Assembly (NCBI GenBank): GCA_040954595.2
Contig: CM082583.2
Coordinates: 9,933,656 to 9,997,655 of the forward strand
Origin: Balanoglossus misakiensis
Taxonomy: Eukaryota; Animalia; Hemichordata
DNA: 64,000 nt
Reading direction: 5' to 3'
Part shown: in pieces, positions 39,813 to 54,200 of the stretch
How positions within the stretch are numbered: position 1 is the stretch's first letter
Layout: each line of letters begins with the position of its first letter
Notes under the pieces: model-generated
Told to the model about the DNA's origin: nothing
What the model saw: the letters and a program-made list of their open reading frames with translations, nothing else
The model's database searches: none
Program-made: the position numbers and the translations under genes

Positions 39813-42800
39813 ATCTGCCGCGTAGCACTCTTTGTTCCAGATAGGCTTTAGAATATCTCTGCTGACTCAAGAACCTGTTTTTAACGCACAACAGACACTT
39901 GTGCGAACTGGAGATGTCATTGCATTACTGAATGTCGGGTCGAGCATTGCTCGCAAAATAGGTAAGGGCTTTGGTTTCACTTCAATTTCACGTGACGTCA
40001 CAGTTCACGAATATCCGGTGGTGCTACTTTTTTTCGAAATCAGAAATTTCCATGGTATGGTAACACTTCTAGAATCGACGCCAAACAACAAAGCCCAAGT
40101 CCAAGCATGGCACTAAGCAGGATTCACAAGCGGCAAGGAATTAGAATCACAACAAATGCCTCTTGTTTTTCGCTTCTCTCAGACTACAGGAATCTTCAAA
40201 TCTCTAGTGTCGTACATATTTCAACCGCGCCACTGTCTCCATATAGTCCCTTATCAGTTCGTTACGGTTTCGTTCTGCCTGGAGGTTATGTGTGAAAATG
40301 TTGTAATGTTAAAGCGCTGGGTTCGGGTTCACATAAATTAAAAGGTTTTCCACTTTACATAGAGACTATCCTTTACTATTCCGAGACTGAGCACACTTCT
40401 GGAAAGCAGAGATGCTTTGCTGAGGCGCGCACCCACACCCTCAAAACGATGCAACCGGCAGGTAAAACTGAAAACAACGCTCAAGTGGAAAACCGATCAC
40501 GTGATTGCTGTAAATTTTACCAAGACCGACTTGGTGTAGAGGAAAGTGAGCCGATCGATAAACACGAATCGATCTTTCCACTACCAAGAACTGTCTTTAT
40601 TTTTCTGACTACACAGCCAATTGACGCGCATGGTCCCTCGATCCGTTAAAATCCAATAATGTCACGATTTTTATGCGCATGTAACGATCTGATGCGTCAA
40701 GATCTTCACCTCCACAGTGTGTTGCGAGATAATAAAGATTACAAGGCATTAAATTAACAATCGCTTCGAGTCCACAAGATTTGTCAGTCGCGGGTACAAC
40801 AAAAGTAGAAAAACCAATATCTCCTGTAATTACAAGTCAAATGTTACACAACTATACTTTCCAGTTATACAACCCCTTCGCACCCCACCCATTCAACCTA
40901 CACCATGGGACAGAAATTCGTTGAATAGACACAAAGATTTGCTGGATTTAAATCAGAAGTGGCTTCAGACCACCAATGTATCCCTGGGAATGAACATTGG
41001 GGCTTTAAGCGACAATGGACAGGGCTAGGAAGAGACGGACTCAGACGGGGGTCAGTCCGTTGCCTTTGATGCCAAATCGATTGTAAATGAGTTTGACCTC
41101 GAGGTCTGTGGTTGAGAGCTCCATGGTTTTGACCAAGCACGATCCATCCACACACTAAAGTTACTCTAAGTGTTTGTTTGAAGCTCTGTCGACAAGTTGT
41201 CACGTTTTGTCCCGCGCAGCGAATGCGCGCAGGGGATCTTTACATCTCCCCGCCCCCGGAGGTGTCACGTCATATACATACATGTACCTACTCGACTCGT
41301 GAATAGAAAAGAGTGTAATGAATATGTTAGTGAAGACAATAGGGGGAAGTGATAGTGTGTCACGAGGACTGGGTCACGGGGACTCATTTAGAAAGGTCGC
41401 AGTAGTGACATCATTTACCCAAATGATCATCACAGTTAAATATCTAAAGTTCTTTAAGGATCTAAGATTCTTAGAGAAACTTTAGGGCCTGCAGTTCACT
41501 TCTTGGAAAAATAACTGGTTTATACCATTTATTCGCAAAAATGAGCATCACCTGGACCACTCCTTTCTGTGACGTCATTCTTTATTTGTTACTTTCAATA
41601 TCACCATGGAATCGTAATCGGCTTTCCGGTATAATCCATTCATCTACCGGTGGTAGGCGATGGCACCGTTCACAATTGTTTCTTGCGTAACACAGACGAA
41701 AAAGTGTGCTTGTCAATACAACAAGGTCGGGAGATCTGTAGGCGGATTGATATCACAGTTTGGTTTCGGAGTCTTTAGAAAGGTGATATTCACTTCAGCA
41801 GCTATAGAGTGTCTGCAAATACTATCCGCCCGGTATACATGTTTTCGCAGTTTCGGAAACCGGACACAATGCCCATTAACAGTATCCCTTCCACGATCGA
41901 CAAGTCGCCTCAACCACAGTCCCTCAATAATACAACCATTAGTGATTCTCAGAAAGAAAAGTCACAACATGTCAATGTTTTTACTTTATGTGTCACGTTT
42001 ATAAACAAACTTCATCTTCAAATGTGCCATGCTGTTAAAATACTTCATGAGATATCTTTATTTCCTTGACGAAGTCGCTGAACCGTGCATGGAGTATTCC
42101 TGGTTCTCTTATTCCCGAAGAAGCGCTTCTACGCAACAACCACCGCCTTGTTTCATTTTAAAACCAAACCATCCCTCCCGCCTGCAATCGCATTGATTAA
42201 CTTATTTTCCTTCTCAGCGAGCCACAAAAATGCCCATGTTCTGATATATATCTGCAAGAAATTATCATTTTAAAACTTTGTCAGAGTGGTCTCGAAGCTT
42301 TCTTCGTCGCGGACGATCAATTTTCTGATAGCCATAAAACGTGCAGTGCTCACACCCAAGCGATTTGTTTCCCAGACTGTGTAATTTGCAAGACAGATAG
42401 CGATATGAGAATCTATAAGATGTTTAGGTACTCCCATTTAGTAATGTTCATCTGCTCTCCTAAGTTCGGGGTCAGTAAAGGTCACGATAATTAGCCATAA
42501 TGGACTGTGTACAGCCTGGATGTGGTTACATCTGCCTATAAGTTGACTGTTTCCCTCGGGGGTATATGAGAAATATCCTGTTTTGGACAACTACGAATTG
42601 ACTGATCGGTGTAAACAATGGAAAATGTTCCTCTTCTATGCGAAACATTTCCTTTTAACGACTGTCCTTATATTGTCATGAATGACACTCTTCGTGATCA
42701 GCTGCAATGCAGGTAGTTGGTCAATTAGACAGTAATTTGACATAGTTGTATCGTTTACATGCAAAAGTGCTCTGGTCATCGATTGCAATAGACATCAAGT

Positions 42801-43024
42801 GCTCGCTTAGTTGTTCAATACGCAGAAGATAATGTCATCATATGATGGGTTTCTCCGAATTCTTTATCAAAGTTGTGTGTTATTCTGGGCTTTTTGCAAA
42901 AAAACGCATACTTCAACAGGGCTTGAATGCGTCACGATAGAGACTATGACGTCACGGTATATTTCGACAAAAGTGTGTGTGACAACGTGACTCAGAAGAA
43001 AATCTTCAGGTGTCAAGTCTGTTA

Positions 43025-43061
43025 GTGGTGGTGGTGGTGGTGATGTTGTTGTTGATGATGC

Positions 43062-43149
<88 letters not shown>
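43025..43149. repeat. Compound (GTG)/(GTT)/(GAT)n microsatellite
   Basis: About 29 uninterrupted GAT units from 43063. Explains the poly-M and poly-I ORFs in the track. Confidence 0.98.
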
Positions 43150-44993
43150 ACGTGGCATTAGCATACGCTCAACATTCTTCTTCGATGGTGGCGCTATTCC
43201 GAGGCCACCTCTGTCTTTCGCGCGCCCCCTCCCCCAAGATTGGTCGTCATCGCTGAACATTCTGCTCGCCATTGATTACTCTAGCGAAGCGGTTATTTCC
43301 TCCTCCGTGGCTCACAAAAATACATCATTCAGGTTTGCTTTACTCTACAGAAGCTCCTGGTAATATCTAATAGTACTGATTCATTGGGAAATGTTCTGTC
43401 TTGTAATTTTACACCGAGTTTTCACCAGCCCCAGACTCAACCATTAAATCTCGCCTGATGATGGCGTCGTTCAGAAAACAATAATAACCGAGGAGAATTT
43501 GGCACACTAACCCGCCCCCTCCCAGAAGACATTTACATAACATCTCGTCGAAATCTCCACTGTCAGCAGTGAAATCCAACCAGAACTGGGAGGCGTCCTA
43601 TGAATAGTGATATTTTGGAGGGATTCATCGCGATTGTCATGTTACAGAATCAGCGCCTAATGCATGAGAAAGAGTAGCGAATCCATGGTTACATCATTAC
43701 GTGTATTATTTCTGCATTATATCGATTTTCGAGTTCGGATCTGCGGCGTTGTCGTCTCCTACAAGTGATTTATTCTTCCAGTGCGCGTTCTTTGCCTCTT
43801 CTCTGAGTTTCTGCTCATCATCTTTTCAAGTGATGCCACGCCCCTTCAATCAAAGGCAGAGACAATAGAGCTGCATGCGTGTCATAGACGAACCGTCCTC
43901 AACACGGCCTTGCACTAATATATACACGTATAATATTAAAATCAGCACCTGGTTTTTCATCTCTTCTTTTTTCCTGTTTTTTTTCTGCAGCTGAATCGGA
44001 AGCAGTTGCGTTTTGTTGTTGCCGTGGAGGATTTTCTGAAGGGATACGCATTACCATCTAACGATGTATCGATGTTCGATCTGTCGAAGACTGGTGACAA
44101 CGGAGCCGCGGATCGTGCTGTTTAGATAATAGATATGGAAATGAGACCACTTTCACCGGCAGTTGTGTTATCCATTGGACACGTTATCTACGGAGTCTGC
44201 GCAATAACTCATCTTCACCTGTCAACCAGCCCGCTGTTGCTAAGTAAACTGTGGCATCCATTGTTGTCTTCAATAGCAAATGACAAAAGTAGGCCTAACA
44301 ATTAAAACCAAATGCTGCCTACCCAAGACTCGGTGCCTACCTGCCAGACACCTACCGTCGAGAGGAATACGTCATTCCGTCAGTAAGGGAACCGCGTAAA
44401 CAACAAACGACGACGGCAGAACCGGAGGTGACAAGTGTGACTGACTTCGCCGGTGTACGTGTCGGTGTTAACAGGGGAGGTTGGTCAAAGTTACTTCACT
44501 CAAACCGCAGTGAAGGTATTTACTCCGCGTGTTTACTGGCTTGGCATTGACGCGACTTAACGGACTGTGAAAGGCGGAGGGACGTCGAGAAACAGAAATA
44601 GAGTGGATTGTTAGTCATCTGTGACGATGTCTTCGAGCTAGGGTATAGCGGCCATTTTACAGAAACGAGGGGGAACGCTGTGTATAGTACACGGTAGAAA
44701 CCAAAGGTGAGCTCTGGCGCGGCTCTGCCCCGCTTGTACTTGTTTGCTTTCAATTGTGTCGGTGCCGCTGGAGAGAAAATTGGAGCCCATTATGTCCTGT
44801 CGCCTGGCATCTGCAAATCAATGGTTCACTGCAGCAATAGTGCAAAATGGCGGCTGCGTTGGTGGGGTTGCTGAACTGCGCTCCGTCGACTAGAGAGCCG
44901 GCTGGAAAGAAACGAAAGAGGCGCACACGAATAATGACACACACTTTAAACTTGTTGAGCTAGTACAAAAGGAAAAAAAATATTACAGTAATC

Positions 44994-45290
44994 ATGGAAG
45001 AAGCGCCTGTGTCGGGAAGGAGCTTTCGGCTCCTGACCCAAGAGTCTCTCGAGCGAACGGAAGAGAAGGTGCGAGAGATCGAGGAAAGGCAGAAGAAGTT
45101 CAAAAATGTGTCCTTGAGCAGAGCGAGTCTAGGAGCTCTCGACGAGCTCGAGGAACAGCAGTCGGTCACCAAGACGAAAAGTCCGGAATTGGAAGAAGGG
45201 AAGGCGCTTCCTGAAAGATATTCAGATATACCAAAGAGCATGTACGGAAAGCCGATTGAGGAAATCGACCCCGGACAAATAACCAACAGG
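44994..45290 (+). CDS. Nav2-type voltage-gated sodium/cation channel alpha subunit, first coding exon
   Basis: MEEAPVSGRSFRLLTQESL...LEEGKALP...YGKPIEEIDP is a Nav N-terminal domain. GTGAGT donor. Confidence 0.95.
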
Positions 45291-48200
45291 GTGAGTAAAT
45301 GATCGAAGGAGAACGTGACTCCTGTTGATTCTAACATAACTATGAAGTGTTGTCTTTTATTTTGTTTCTATCTGAACGTCTGCAAACTTGCCTTGATAGG
45401 AAATCCCACGGAGGAAAGCAACTTTCACGCATTTGCGCGATCTTTCCCTGTAACGTATGAAGGGAAGAAAATCACACAGTAAAGCGTATTTTTGGCTGTT
45501 TTCCATTTCGGCTGTGCGCTGAACTTCGCTTTTTTTTATTGTCGCGTACCGCTGAAACCCAAATAATAAACGGCCAGAAGGATAAAAAAAAATAGACGTA
45601 AAAAAAGTTGTTCGCCGTCGTCTATGATGAATGCGGTTTACTCGGTCGACATGGAGAAAAATAGAACAAAACAGAATCGATTGAATATTCATGACTCTGG
45701 CCCGCTAAATTCTAAAATTCAAATATTTCCAATCAATAAAAACGAACTGGGAAAAGAAGCTCAGTCGATTCTATCGATCTATACTGTCGATGGCGATCAG
45801 AACTGAGCAAACACGCCACCTCATCCCGGCAGTACATGTACCACCTTTGAGCAACAGGAAAGCCACTAAATTTACCTGATGTATTTACATGGCAGTACTT
45901 CAAAATTGTTAACTCCATCGTTAAATGATTAAATACTAGTAATTAGAACATAATGTCCTTAGTGAAAATGCCCACTCAAATTAGTGAGTTTCCATGGATA
46001 TGTCATATCATTAGTAATACCATTATCATTTTTTAAAATTAAGGCACGGATGTATGGAAATCGCGGGGATTTTATTTTCAATGTTTCAGCATAATGACGA
46101 GTAACGATTAATTGAGCTTTCGCCACGAGCTTCAATAACAGAATTGGCATACCAGCGCCATATACGAGGATATCGCCGTCTGCCATTGATGATTGCGTAT
46201 TAAAGAGGGAAGGTGCATATACGTGTATTGCCCGGTGATTGGTCAATTAGTGAACGCGTGTCAGCAAATTGCGAGTGGAAGAAAAGACGAAAAAAACACG
46301 CGCAGAGTAAAATCATACAGAAGAGTAAATTTGCAGTAATTTCTGCCGACAAATTGAAACAATCATGATATCTTCCGTTGAGCGCTGGGGTCAGGCTTCG
46401 GTAGAAGCTGGAAGCGGCCGCGATAAATGTAAATACACGCCACGGTCAGAATTAATTTCCCCCCCTTGTGGCGGTGAGTGCCACAATCAGCTTCTGAGAA
46501 ATATGGCGGAGACGCAAGCAGCTGGAATCCAAAGTAGACGAAAATTTACTGCCGTGTTAGAGGAAGATAAAAAAGAAAGACATATCATGGGTTGTACAAG
46601 GCGCCAGGAAAGCCTCCTAGAACGGCGAAACACACACTGTTAGTTTGTTTTGTTGTTAGAGAAATGTACTTTTTGTGGATTTGAATTCATTTTATGTAAC
46701 CCGGCAAAGAGATCGATACGGTCTTATCAAATATTAATGCTTAATTATTCTAAAGTGGGCAGCGCTCCTACGTCATAGTCATACAGTCTATTGCAGTCTA
46801 TATATGCATGGCGGGTCCCCAGAGTCTGGAGACTAAGTTTCCATGGTAACATATATCATCTGCTCTGAAAACCGCGATACCGGCGTGGGCAATCACCATG
46901 GTCGACATTTTATTGTACTGGGAAATGCGGCGTTTTAGTCTCGCTTGCGAAACAACCACTTCAGAGTTAAAAACAAGGATCCAACATCTCAGAATTTACG
47001 AGGGGCAGAATGAATGTCACAGTCAGACTCGCAGCGTCAGGTTAATATTGATAGAAAGAGTATCTCATCGTATCAGACCGGCTCCGGTAGTTCGCACCAC
47101 CCGGGTTCGTAGCGTTTCTCCGAAGTATATCATGTTGAAATAGCGTGTCGCATGATCTGGGATATTGCATGCAGGTTTACATTCCGTTTCATAGTGGCAC
47201 GAATATTGAATAAAATCGTCCACAAAAGAGAGTGTCTGGAAGAAAAGCTTTCTTTTCAAGAAAAGTACACTGCATGGGGGGGGGGGAACGCGAATCAATC
47301 GACATCACTTCAGTATTTATAACGGAAGCGTGGAACATTTGCCGGGCATCAAGATTATGTATGTTTCTTCACAGACCCTCGCTTATCAAGGGTCAATGGT
47401 TTTCATGAGCTCGTCTGGAAACATCGAATGGTAATAGACGTGAACACATGTCATTGGGTAATTTCTGTTTTCGAATGTGACGTAGTCACGATCGCCATTC
47501 AACGTCCATATGTTGTGTTCATTATATTCGCGGTACAGGTGTTTTCTCGAAACCCAATTCAGCAATATAAGTCACGTGATCAGATTAATGACAGCCTCTA
47601 ATGTTGCGTACATTGTAGCCTGAACCCATGAAGTTTACCTTGATGTAACAGACTAGCAATGGGTTATTATTGTCACTGCAGACACTGAAATTGATAGTCG
47701 ATTCCGCGCAGGTCACGTTTTATGTCAAAGTTCACTTATATTTTATAAGTGGTTTGAAAGATAGCGGCCATCCGTACCGCGTTTATATTTGCCGCTGTCA
47801 TCTCAGGAGAGATTTATATGTAGTGATCACAAGGAAATGAATTTTAAGTCTTGACTTACATAAAAGGGGACATAATTCATATCTGCCTTAGATTTATTTA
47901 GGGATTGCGATAAAAAGTACACTTTTGCAGGTGAGAGAGATGAACATTAATCAAACCTAAGGCGGCGTTTGCCTTTACACCTTGCGTGAATTAGCTATAA
48001 CTATTCGCTCGAGATGATCAGGTTGATAGCCAAGCATTTGGGCTGCGAAAATTAAGAGTAAAACGAGGTCGGTACCTCATGTTTGAATGAATAAAGTGAA
48101 TCGTACCGGTATGGATATTGAAGCGTTCACAAAAGCGTGGTCGTTTTTGTTCCGCGGTGATTTCAAAACAGCCACTCACTTCCCCCGAGTGGCTAACCCC

Positions 48201-51200
48201 GTCTACAAAAGCCCCACACAACTGCTGTTTTTCTTCACATCGCGTCAAATTGTTATCGAGGTGGCTTTAATTCCGCATACGCCCCGGGAGTAAACAGCGC
48301 GCGGCGCCCTGGATTTCAGATGGTGCAACTGACTAACTTATTGGCGTGCATTAAAACTGGCTGTTTCGAGCGTCGGCGATAAAACACTACATGATTCAAC
48401 CATTTGAACAAAAAATATGATAGGCCTATTCGTTAAATAATATGAAACTTAACGTAGGGCACATCGTCAGTCAAGTAGCAGCGTGTGATACATGTGAGCT
48501 AGACAAACAACACTGTCCCGAAAAAAGAACATTAACACGTCATAACCTGCATTCGCGAACGACCCTTTCACCTAAGCGGGACAAATAAAACAAAAACAAA
48601 CTTCGATCACCTTGACAACGGATTCTTCTCCTGAAACACGTGAATGAATGGAGCGATTGTCGGGCCATGTTTGCGCTGAGGTCTGACAGAGAACAAGACC
48701 GGCTCCTGACAATTAAACATTGTAAACCTTTTCTGTAATATTGTCCAGTTTCAGCAAAGAGAAACATTCCTTGCCATTATCGAAAGTTGAGTAACGAAAC
48801 AATAGTCAAACATGATACTAAATATCTGTCTTCGGAACAGTAACCAAATCTGAAGAGCTTGGGACTCAGGGTCTTGACCTCTGACCTGAAAACGTCGTGT
48901 CGAGTATGACTCTTCTCGAGGAATGATTTTATTTATCCAGTTCGGGTGTATCACGATCGGCCGCCTTTGCTCTTCGAGGACAGCCTGACTGGTATACATT
49001 GTAGGTTGAACCCCCCCCCCCCCTACATGTGCGCATGTCATGTGTGGTACCCTTATCAAAGTGAAGATCGAAGGATAAAAACGAAATCTGTGGATTTCAA
49101 GTATTTCAGTCCATTACCCAAATGAGATAGTAAATCATTAACCGCTAATGAGAACTTGAGCGTCTGGTTACAAGTGCAGATTGCCTTCAGATTTCCCAAA
49201 GCATCTCTGAGACGACACACGTTAAGAGATTCTATTTCGAAAATATTGACCCAGTACGCGAAACGCCAAGCACTATACAGAACATTGTCAATTAGGCGAA
49301 ACGGTTTCTTACAAATTTTGACAACAACAACGCACCGGGAAAACTACTGGTTTCCTTTCAAAAGCAAAATTATCACGTAGCTGATATCAATGCTCATAAA
49401 CTGCGTAGGTTAGGCTCTTGCGAGACTTAAACAGAACAGTTGACCGGTTCACAACTGCTGTTGTACCCGGCACATAGTGGCATAAACATGGTTCTGGTCC
49501 ACAGACTATTTCATGTTTCAATTCGGCTGGGATTGTCTCAAATTTTAGACGAGTCACCTACTTATTTAAATTCAACTTAGAAATGCAGTGAGTGCATAGC
49601 AAACGTTCCCTCCTCCGGCTGTGTGTTTACCGTGTTTGACGCAAATAACAAAACCCCGTGGCTGCGGGCAAACACACCGGTGAATAAGGCTTTCATTCTC
49701 CCATACACCCTATTATACCAAACAGCTACCGATTGCGTCGGTATTCCAGTTTCCCCCCTTTCAGGATCACGTTTGTGACGCTTGCTAAACCCGACTCGGG
49801 TTGCCCGGCCATTTTGAAGTGATTTCCGAGACACGGGGGACATATTAAAACAATCGTTCGTGTTTGAGGAAAAGTACAGATGCAACTTAAATGCAACCGA
49901 ATTAAACTTTTTTTATTTCATTATATCAATTCAACGGCCCAACTACGAGGCTATGCGTCGCGTCGGACGCATGCACATTTTAAAAAACCACGGCTACTTC
50001 AGATCGTGTTCTCGCAACGCCAGCTGGTACTTTCCCAAGAAAGGCTGTTTTATTTTCCGCTCGTATCCGTTGGCTCGCGCAACACATTCATCGCAAGCCA
50101 AAACGGTCATAAAGCTCCATCAATCACTCAAGCCATTTCCCTTCTTTTCATATCTCGTTGTGGCCGAGTGGAAAACACGTCAATGAAGTGATTGGTTGAG
50201 TGTGCTAAAATCGCGTTGTTGAAAAATACAATACAATCCAACCGTCCCAAGCACGACATACCGGTGTATATCTTTTCCGAATCCCCCAAAGTCTGATAAA
50301 TAATACGCAACGGAATGACCAGTATTTCACTTTGCAATCCATCAAATGAAAAACAAATAATTATCACCAAAGCGGGAATACATATATTCTTTCAAAGTCT
50401 ACCTGGACCTACAAAACGTCAACAGACAAGTATGTTTTCACGATGACAGATGTGTCTTCTAATCGAAGTTGGCCGGCGTTCTAATCGAGAGCTTCTCGGT
50501 ATTCGGCGGATGAAGCCTGCACGCGACTGATTGAACGGAATCTCATCATGCGACGATTTTTTTTTCAATTGAGTACCATCTGGGTTCTTTTTTCTGTCCA
50601 TCGCGTGACGTAGCTTTCCTGGGAAATTACCTTGACCTTAGCTGTGTACGTCCAACGCCCAAATATAAGATAAACAAATTGGAGGAGAGCGTGGAAACGG
50701 GAGGAATTCCTTCGAGCCAAGATGTAAAAAATCTCCCAGTCGTAATAACACGTAATCTGATTTATTAGAATCTATCCGACCAGAGACTCGAAGCAATTCT
50801 TTCGTCTGTCCCCCCCCCGCCCCCCCCCCCCCCCCCATAACAACCTTTGCCCTTGTTTCGACATATCTCACACCGTCCTGTTTTGGAAACACATCCGAAG
50901 ACAACAATTAAGTCTAAGGTGGTGGTTGCGTTTCAAAACATCGTATTGTCCACGCGCGAATATCATCACCGATAGAGATTTGCAACCTTTTATACCGCGA
51001 CAGGGGGACGAGGAGTCAGTCACCGCATCTCTCATTAAAATTTAACCGTAAAGGTAGAAGTCTATTGTGTGCGTCTTACCTCCCGCAAAGGACAATAGGA
51101 ATAAAGGGAGCTCGGTCGCACATTGATTATATTTGTATACCTCGCAGCAATCGGGTATTGTCTGCTTTTATTGGAATGGCCAGAACCCATCTCCCCGGCT

Positions 51201-54200
51201 CACATTGTTGTTTAAACGGGCGAAAACACACTGAGTCCAGCCGTGGACAGCATTCCGTGCGTTAAGAAGGAAAATCTGTTAATTCTGTGCAGGGGGTTAG
51301 TCTATTCGCAACGCTCCCACGTTCCAGCCTAAATCATACGTTAATAGACGTGTACCTTTCTATTGATGTTTTGGATTCGGTCAAGCCTTGAATGCGACAG
51401 AACAGTTCGCGGGAGAGGATGTGGTATTATCTGAGAGGTCCCCAAGACATCATTTGTTACAACCTCCTGGTGTCCTTTGTGGTCATGGCATGTGACTAAA
51501 ATAGTTGTTTGTTAATTTACCACGCGACGTAAATTTTACGGACCAAAAAAACAAATCGATGTGAAAAATACGCTGAGTCATTATGTTGACAATCCCCACG
51601 AAGAGATAACGGCCAACAGTCAACGTGTTTTTATAATTTCTTTCGACGAAATCAGAACACAATGCTTATATAGCGAAACATATGATAACTGTCCGTCTAG
51701 GTAATGCGCAAACCGGTTTGGCAGGCACAATTGTGCAAAAAAGCCCTTCAGAAGATGTTGCATTCCACCCAACCTTGCCTGACTCCTTGAGTGTATATTG
51801 ACGTCAGATCATTGACGAATATTGACAGAAAAGGCCTTCGTTTTAGTGTAGAACATACCATATCGGGGAGGGGGGGGGGCTTGCTCGGAGGTTAATTCCA
51901 AGTTCCGCCAATTTACTATATACGATACCGCTATTTACAAGATCGACGTAAATATATGGGTGATTAATCATAAGGTGGTAACTACTTAGTTCACACGACA
52001 ATTTGACACCTGTTGATTTAAACATAGAATAACTGTCCACGCAGTCTGTGTGTTAAAACAGCGATACCAAAAATCCCGCTTTATCGCCAAAAATCGGCAC
52101 AGACTACTTTTAAGGGACTGAGAAATGTTCTGATATACGAGAAGTTACATTTTAAAACCATTTTGACTAATTTGATTGATTAAATGCCCATGGCAAACAT
52201 ATGCGATGCCAATACTCCATCATCTTAATGAAATACAAATAGATATAGTCGCGGTGAAAATGGTTAACTCTTGATTAATTTGTAAAATCCGCGCCCGCGT
52301 GTGAATGAAACGCCAGGATAGTGATAATATTGGAATGAATCTATTTTTAGGGAAGTTTTAATATCTGCATCGACTTTGTTCGCAATCCGTCAACACTGTG
52401 AGCAGTATTTGAAAACATAAAAAACTACATGCCCTCCATCATTTAGGCGATGGTTTGCAAATGTTTACCGTGGCGAACAAGCCGGCGATTAGGCAGTTAA
52501 TGCTAAACTAATACGCCCCGCCATTCTTGACGGGAGATCTGAAAGCGATTATTAGCATTCTGGCTATACGGCAAGGGGGGATTTGTGATCATGGGGGATT
52601 TCAGCCCCGCAGTATTGAGCGAGAACACACACACAACTGCGTAACTTTTCGAGTCGGTCTTTGATCGTGGCTATCCGCGGGGTGTTGCCATGGCAGCTCT
52701 AATCATCGAGAGGAGTGGTCGACATTGAGGGTGAGGGAAAATCCGAGCCGCCGCCGCGCGCGCGAACGCGTTCTCTTTGTCGCGGCACAAAATATGTCGT
52801 GTCTTGAAGAAAGTAGGCGGTTGAAGTATTTCGCTACTTGGGGCTAAGAGTTGAGCACACAAGAAACTGAAACAATCGCGTCTGTTCGCTGAAAACGTGT
52901 TGATAATTCCGCGCCGACCACGTTATTATTAGGTGGTTGTGAAATGGACTAGGAGACGAGGTGAAATTTGCGTCAAATCTTCTGTCTTAGGCGACATTGA
53001 CCTTCCCAAGAGAGGAAATGAAATCCTGGCGTACTTCGTTCCCTTTCCCGATCACTCAAATGACACCTGTTTCCGAAAAGACAATTAGCCGCCGTACGCG
53101 TGCAACAAGAGTTTGGAGTCCAAATCGTTATCAGTTACTGTTTCGAGGTCGACCGAATTTCCTTTAATAAGACCACTCCGGGAGAATAGACTACAGAGTG
53201 GCAAATTTTAAGCATGTTCATTGCCAACCTTGTCGTTTTTCTTTGCCTGCTAATGTATCCGGAAATGTTCAATGTACATACATTGTACCTTTTTGATGAC
53301 TTAGACTATTGACACACGCCTGGCAAAAATAATAATACCAAATTCATAACTAGAATTCAAAGTAATTATGTTCCTTAATTTGCCTATGTGACATGTGTTG
53401 TTTGGCTGAGTCAATAAGATGCTAAGAGCTCCTATAGAACGGCTTTTTATGTGTATAAAGGTGAATGTTGATTATATATACTGGAATAGGCCCAGAGGAT
53501 TTTATTCATAAAATGGTTCGTGTGAAATCAGTATTTCTGGAAGCATACTTTCAAGTGACCTTGCACACTATTGATACATTGATACTGCACTCACTATCAC
53601 ATCGTATATAATGCGTTGCCATGTCGACCGAGAGACCTACAAGCAAATTTGAAAAATATTGATTATTTCAGACTCGGACAAAGCGTACCATAATACCTCG
53701 TGTTTGTAATACCGTTAAAGCTGATCCTGTCTGTGAGACAGCAAAAATGCGACTTGCATGTGAAGTCAAGTCCATGTTTTGCTACAAAAGTGAGCTTTCA
53801 TTTGCCTGACTTCAGAAACGCCGATCTTGTGCAGACATACGCGAAGTCGCTTGACACTTCATCTCAGCCAGAATTCATCGCTTTATATGCATGTCCAATA
53901 TTCCAATACTTTAGTTATTTTTCATTAACTGTTGACAAAAGAGTGTAACGGATTTTGGCCAGTAAGTAGATGATGAATCTTATAATCATGATCGCCTAAG
54001 CTCAAACATGTGGAAATACTGCTCGTAGTTATTCTCATAACGTCTGACAAAATGTATGGTCTGCTATATTTCGACCTACTAGGGTTGTCAGCAGCTGGAC
54101 TCGAGTATAATCCTGTATTTCCTTCAATATCCATTCAAACAAAAACACGGCTAAAAACAACCATTACCATGGCAAATGGCAATCAATAGGGTTTTATTTA

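Noticed and set aside
43006-43363. Poly-Met and poly-Ile ORFs
   Set aside because: Artefacts of the (GAT)n microsatellite.
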